This document shows, piece by piece, positions 60,212 to 64,000 of a stretch of 64,000 nt of DNA. A program made the translations under genes and the position numbers. The stretch comes from Myxococcota bacterium (GTDB taxonomy: Bacteria; Myxococcota_A; Polyangia; Polyangiales; Sandaracinaceae): the NCBI GenBank assembly GCA_036149055.1, contig JAYZQJ010000268.1, forward strand, positions 10,904 to 74,903, written 5' to 3'. Positions within the stretch are counted from its first letter, which is position 1; each line of letters opens with the position of its first letter. The notes under the pieces are model-generated. The model saw nothing but the letters and a program-made list of their open reading frames with translations, did not search any database and was not told the DNA's origin.

Positions 60212-62359
60212 TCAGGCGACCAGGGCGATCTGGGGCTCGGCCTCGGGGCGACCTAGCAAGAAACCTTGCACCATGTCGCAGCCGACGCTCTTCAGGAACC
60301 GGAGCTGCGCCTCGGTCTCGACGCCTTCGGCGAGCACCTCCATGCCCATCCGGTGGCCGAGCGCGATCACCGCCTCGGCGATGGTCCCCTCCGCGTCGCC
60401 CTCGAGGGTCTGGACGAACACGCGGTCGATCTTCAGGCGGCTGACCGCGAAGCGCTGCAGGTAGGCGAGCGAGGAGTAGCCGGTGCCGAAGTCGTCGATC
60501 GCGATCGGCACGCCCTCGCGCTTCAGCGCCTCGAGGGTGACGTTGGTGCGCTCGGTGTCGCGCATGAGGATGCTCTCGGTGATCTCGAGCTCGAGCGCGG
60601 AGGGCTCGATGCCGTGCTCGTCGAGCGCGCGGCGGACGCTCCCCACCAGGTCGTCGCGCTCGAAGTCCTGACCGCTGACGTTGACCGCCATGCGCACGTG
60701 GCCCGGCAGCCCGCGGCGGCGCCACTCGGCGAGCTGGCGACACGACTCGCGCAGCACCCAGCGGCCGACCTGCGTCACCAGGCCCATGTCCTCGAGCAGC
60801 GGGATGAAGGTGCCGGGGGAGACCCGGGTCCCGTCGAGGCGCGTCCAGCGCAGGAGCGCCTCGTAGCCGCAGAGCTCGGGCCCGGGGAGCGCGAACTGCG
60901 GCTGATAGACGAGCGAGAAGCGCTCCTCCGCCACCGCGTCCCGCAGCTCGTTCTCGAGCGCGATGCGCGCCACCCCGGGGCGCTCGCTCCTCTGCCGCGG
61001 GCGCGCGAGGCGGTTCCGGCCGCTCCGCTTGGCGTCGTACATCGCCATGTCGGCCTGCCGCAGCAGGTCGTCGAGGGTCGCCTGCTCGCCCGCCTCCTTC
61101 ACGACCACGCCGACGCTGCAGGTCACGCGCACCGTCGCCTGGGGCAGCTCGAAGGGCGCGCGGAGCGCGTCGAGCAGCCGCTCGGCCACGATCGACGCCT
61201 CGTCCGGCTGGTCGAGCTGCCGCAGGACGATGGCGAACTCGTCGCCGCCGAGGCGCGCCGCGGTGTCGTCGTCGCGGATGCTGGCCCGGAGCCGATCGGC
61301 CACCTTCTGGAGCAGCGCGTCGCCGGCCTCGTGCCCGAGCGAGTCGTTGACCGTCTTGAAGCGGTCGAGATCGACGTAGAGCAGGGCGGTCGCGTGCCCG
61401 CTCACGGCGGCCGCGGTCTGGGCGCGCCGCACCGCCTCGCGCAGCGTCAGCCGGTTGGCCAACCCGGTGAGCTGGTCGTAGTGCGCCAGCGACGTGAGGC
61501 GGCGCGTGTAGTGCGAGCGCTCCACCCCGAGGACCAGCGCGCGGCCGAGGCGGGGCTCGTCCTTGCCCTTGACCAGGAAGTCGTGGGCGCCGGCGCGGAT
61601 CGCCTGACGCGCGGTCGTGTCGTCGTCCATGCCGCTGAAGACGATCAGCGGCACCTGGGGCGCGACCTGCCGGAGCCGGACCACCGCGTCGAGCCCGCGG
61701 GCGTCCGGGAGCGAGAGATCGACCAGCATCGCGTCGAAGCTCGCGGAGCCGGCGACGAGCCGGGCCTCCTGCAGGCGGTGCACGACCTGGCTGCGCCAGC
61801 CGCACCGACGGAGCCGGGTCACGAGCAGGGCCGCGTCGTCGGGGTCGTCTTCGACCACCAGCGCCAGCGGGTCGACGCCGCGGCTCGCGCTCGTCTCGGC
61901 CCGGCGGCGGGTGGTGAGCTCCACCGCCCGGCGGATCACCGAGAGCAGCTCGTCGTCGTCCCAGGGCTTGGCGACGATGCCGACCGTCGACAGCTCGGCC
62001 GGCGGGCTGCGATCGAGATCGAGGTTGGGCACCCCGGTGACGACCACGAACGACACGTCCGGCTGCACGCCGGCGACGTGCTCGATCATCTCCGCGCCGC
62101 TCATCACCGGCATGCGCAGGTCAGTCACCACCGTCGAGAAGAGCCGACGCTGGCTGAGCTTGATCGCCTCGATCGGCGAGTTGGTCACCACGACCTCGAA
62201 GCCCTCGCGGCGGAACCGGCGGGCGAACGCGCGCCCGAGCGCCTCGTCGTCGTCGACGAAGAGGATGGACGGCTGCTCGGTCGCGCCCTCCACGCCCTGG
62301 GCGGTGAGGTTCTGGTCGGAGCGTCGTCGCCTCCGCGGGCGTCTGCCGGGCTCTCGCAT
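60212..62359 (-). CDS. REC-REC-GGDEF-EAL c-di-GMP enzyme
   Basis: Two receiver domains; RDDD I-site five residues before GGDEF; YEALLR; DDFGTGYSS. Confidence 0.93.
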   Translation of the reverse strand: MREPGRRPRRRRRSDQNLTAQGVEGATEQPSILFVDDDEALGRAFARRFRREGFEVVVTNSPIEAIKLSQRRLFSTVVTDLRMPVMSGAEMIEHVAGVQPDVSFVVVTGVPNLDLDRSPPAELSTVGIVAKPWDDDELLSVIRRAVELTTRRRAETSASRGVDPLALVVEDDPDDAALLVTRLRRCGWRSQVVHRLQEARLVAGSASFDAMLVDLSLPDARGLDAVVRLRQVAPQVPLIVFSGMDDDTTARQAIRAGAHDFLVKGKDEPRLGRALVLGVERSHYTRRLTSLAHYDQLTGLANRLTLREAVRRAQTAAAVSGHATALLYVDLDRFKTVNDSLGHEAGDALLQKVADRLRASIRDDDTAARLGGDEFAIVLRQLDQPDEASIVAERLLDALRAPFELPQATVRVTCSVGVVVKEAGEQATLDDLLRQADMAMYDAKRSGRNRLARPRQRSERPGVARIALENELRDAVAEERFSLVYQPQFALPGPELCGYEALLRWTRLDGTRVSPGTFIPLLEDMGLVTQVGRWVLRESCRQLAEWRRRGLPGHVRMAVNVSGQDFERDDLVGSVRRALDEHGIEPSALELEITESILMRDTERTNVTLEALKREGVPIAIDDFGTGYSSLAYLQRFAVSRLKIDRVFVQTLEGDAEGTIAEAVIALGHRMGMEVLAEGVETEAQLRFLKSVGCDMVQGFLLGRPEAEPQIALVA

Positions 62360-62391
62360 CTCCCCCGACTACGGACGATGGCCGCGTGACT

Positions 62392-63174
62392 TTAGCTGGC
62401 GCTGGCGAGATGGAAGCGCACGGCCGTGCCCTGACCGGGCGCACTCTCGATCCACAGCTCGGCGTCGTGCAGGTGCGCGATCTTGGTGGCGAAGGCGAGC
62501 CCGACCCCGAGGCCCGGGTAGCGTCCCCGGGGGTGGAGCTGCGCGAAGATCTCTCGCGCGCGCTCGGCGTGCTGAGGGTCGAAGCCGATGCCCTCGTCCC
62601 GCACCTCGATCACCCAGCGCTCCCCCTCGCGGCGCGCCTCGACCCGCACGTTGGGGGGCCGCTCCGGGTCGCGGAAGCGGAGGGAGTTCTCGAGGAGCGC
62701 GTCGATCAGCTGACGCACGAGCGCGGGATCGGCCTCGACGCGGGGGAGCTCGCCGCGGGAGACGTCGGCGCGCGCGGCGCGCTCGGCGATCAGCTCGTCC
62801 ACCAGCGATCCGAGCTCGACCGGCTGGAGCTCCGCCGGGCCGAGCCTCAGGTAGGAGACGAGCGCGTCGATCATCTCGTGCATGCGATCGGCGCCTTCGA
62901 TGACCCGCCGCATGTAGTCCAGCTGGGTCTCGTCGAGCTTGCCGTCGAGCTCCTCCTGGAGCAGCTCGCCGAAGCCGGCGATGGCCCGGAGCGGCGACCT
63001 CAGATCGTGGGAGATCACCTGCGCCAGCAGGGACAGCTCCGCCTCGCGCTCGGCGAGGGCCTCGCGCAGCTGTCGACGCTCGGCGTCGCCCGAGAGGGTG
63101 CCCGAGGAGGTCACGCTGGCCGGGGCCTCGCCCCCGAGATCTCGGTCCGGGAAGAGCTCGTAGACATTCGACAT
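62392..63174 (-). CDS. Cytoplasmic histidine kinase without evident sensor domain
   Basis: ISHDLRSPL, LLENS, VRDEGIG, GLGVGLA; start at MSNVYELF. Confidence 0.88.
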   Translation of the reverse strand: MSNVYELFPDRDLGGEAPASVTSSGTLSGDAERRQLREALAEREAELSLLAQVISHDLRSPLRAIAGFGELLQEELDGKLDETQLDYMRRVIEGADRMHEMIDALVSYLRLGPAELQPVELGSLVDELIAERAARADVSRGELPRVEADPALVRQLIDALLENSLRFRDPERPPNVRVEARREGERWVIEVRDEGIGFDPQHAERAREIFAQLHPRGRYPGLGVGLAFATKIAHLHDAELWIESAPGQGTAVRFHLASAS

Positions 63175-63291
63175 CCCGCTCGGGGCATACGGCGACACCC
63201 CTCTCGACTTGAGCGCGGCGGCGTGGGGAACATCTCCGAAATGAACCGACCGGCTCCCGCGTAGGGACCGGGCGAAGGAGCTCTCCGCCTC

Positions 63292-63813
63292 GTGACCCAG
63301 CGTTCCCCGCTCACCGTCGTCGCCCTCACGTTGCTCACCTTCGGCGTGTACGCCTACTGGTGGCTCTATCGTACCACCCGCGAGCTGCGCGAGGAGACGG
63401 ACCGGGAGGAGCTGCGGCCGGCCGTGGACGTGCTGCTGGCGGTGGTGACCGTGGGCCTCTGGGGCATCTGGGCCGGCTACCGGAACGCCAAGATCGTGCA
63501 CGAGGAGATGGAGGTGCGCGGCGAGAAGCACCTGGACCGCTCGGTGGCGGTCGGGGTCATCGCCGGCCTCGGGCTCTTCACCGGCTGGGCCTGGGTGGTG
63601 GCGATGGCCATCCTCCAGGAGGACCTGAACCGCCTCGCCGAGACCGACCTCGCCTTCGCCCCCGCCGTCCCCTACGAGACGTCCGCCTACGAGCCGGTGC
63701 GGGCCCGGGTCGCCATCCCGCGGGAGGAGGAGCCCGAGACGGTCGAGGTCCCCGCGGCCACCCCCGGCGCCGAGGTCTTCACCTCGAACGCGCCCGCCCC
63801 CGTCGTGTATTGA
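63292..63813 (+). CDS. DUF4234-like membrane protein
   Basis: RSPLTVVALTLLTFGVYAYWWLY; LQEDLNRL. Confidence 0.75.
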   Translation: MTQRSPLTVVALTLLTFGVYAYWWLYRTTRELREETDREELRPAVDVLLAVVTVGLWGIWAGYRNAKIVHEEMEVRGEKHLDRSVAVGVIAGLGLFTGWAWVVAMAILQEDLNRLAETDLAFAPAVPYETSAYEPVRARVAIPREEEPETVEVPAATPGAEVFTSNAPAPVVY

Positions 63814-63997
63814 GCTTTTTGGAGGGTTTGGTGCAAACCCTCCCCCCATTGGGCAAAGCGCCAATGGGGCCCCCCTCCCGACTCCGCCGGCGCGTCGCTC
63901 TTCGCGCTCGCGCCGCGACCCCAGCGACGGGGCGCTGGGGGCCCTGCGGCTCGCGCTCGCGCTGCGCGCTCGCTGGCCGCCCGCTGCCGCGGGATCG
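63811..63997 (+). repeat. Multi-hairpin dispersed repeat, copy 2
   Basis: Matches 32408-32598; begins at the TGA of the upstream gene. Confidence 0.9.
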
Positions 63998-64000
63998 AAC

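Overview
Very GC-rich bacterial chromosome segment. MYXO-CTERM, NIDO/MopE Cys-rich proteins, PEGA-TPR, TPR-Ser/Thr kinase and a sigma54 activator point to Myxococcota, probably Polyangia/Sandaracinaceae (inference). It holds about 62 genes: housekeeping genes (atpD end, atpC, gdhA, rnc, E2 acyltransferase, HU, fur, rsgA) mixed with signalling genes, lipoproteins and enzymes. I saw no rRNA, tRNA or CRISPR array. Best candidate for a new system: an operon at 51559-55271 encoding an ATPase-less Lon(S16) protease-TPR fusion with intact Ser/Lys dyad, a divergent ECF sigma factor, a doubly coupled 77-aa ORF and an anti-sigma-like protein. It resembles the CalpL/CalpT/CalpS cascade but has no CRISPR context. 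Second: a family of multi-hairpin non-coding elements, with two covarying ~190-nt copies and a 116-nt relative that has frameshifted a gene, plus a RAYT-type HUH transposase and a 19-bp inverted-repeat element. Also a eukaryote-like TGS1 cap methyltransferase, divergent sigma54 promoters, many apparently leaderless genes and a probable CTG start. All calls come from reading motifs by eye; no searches were run.
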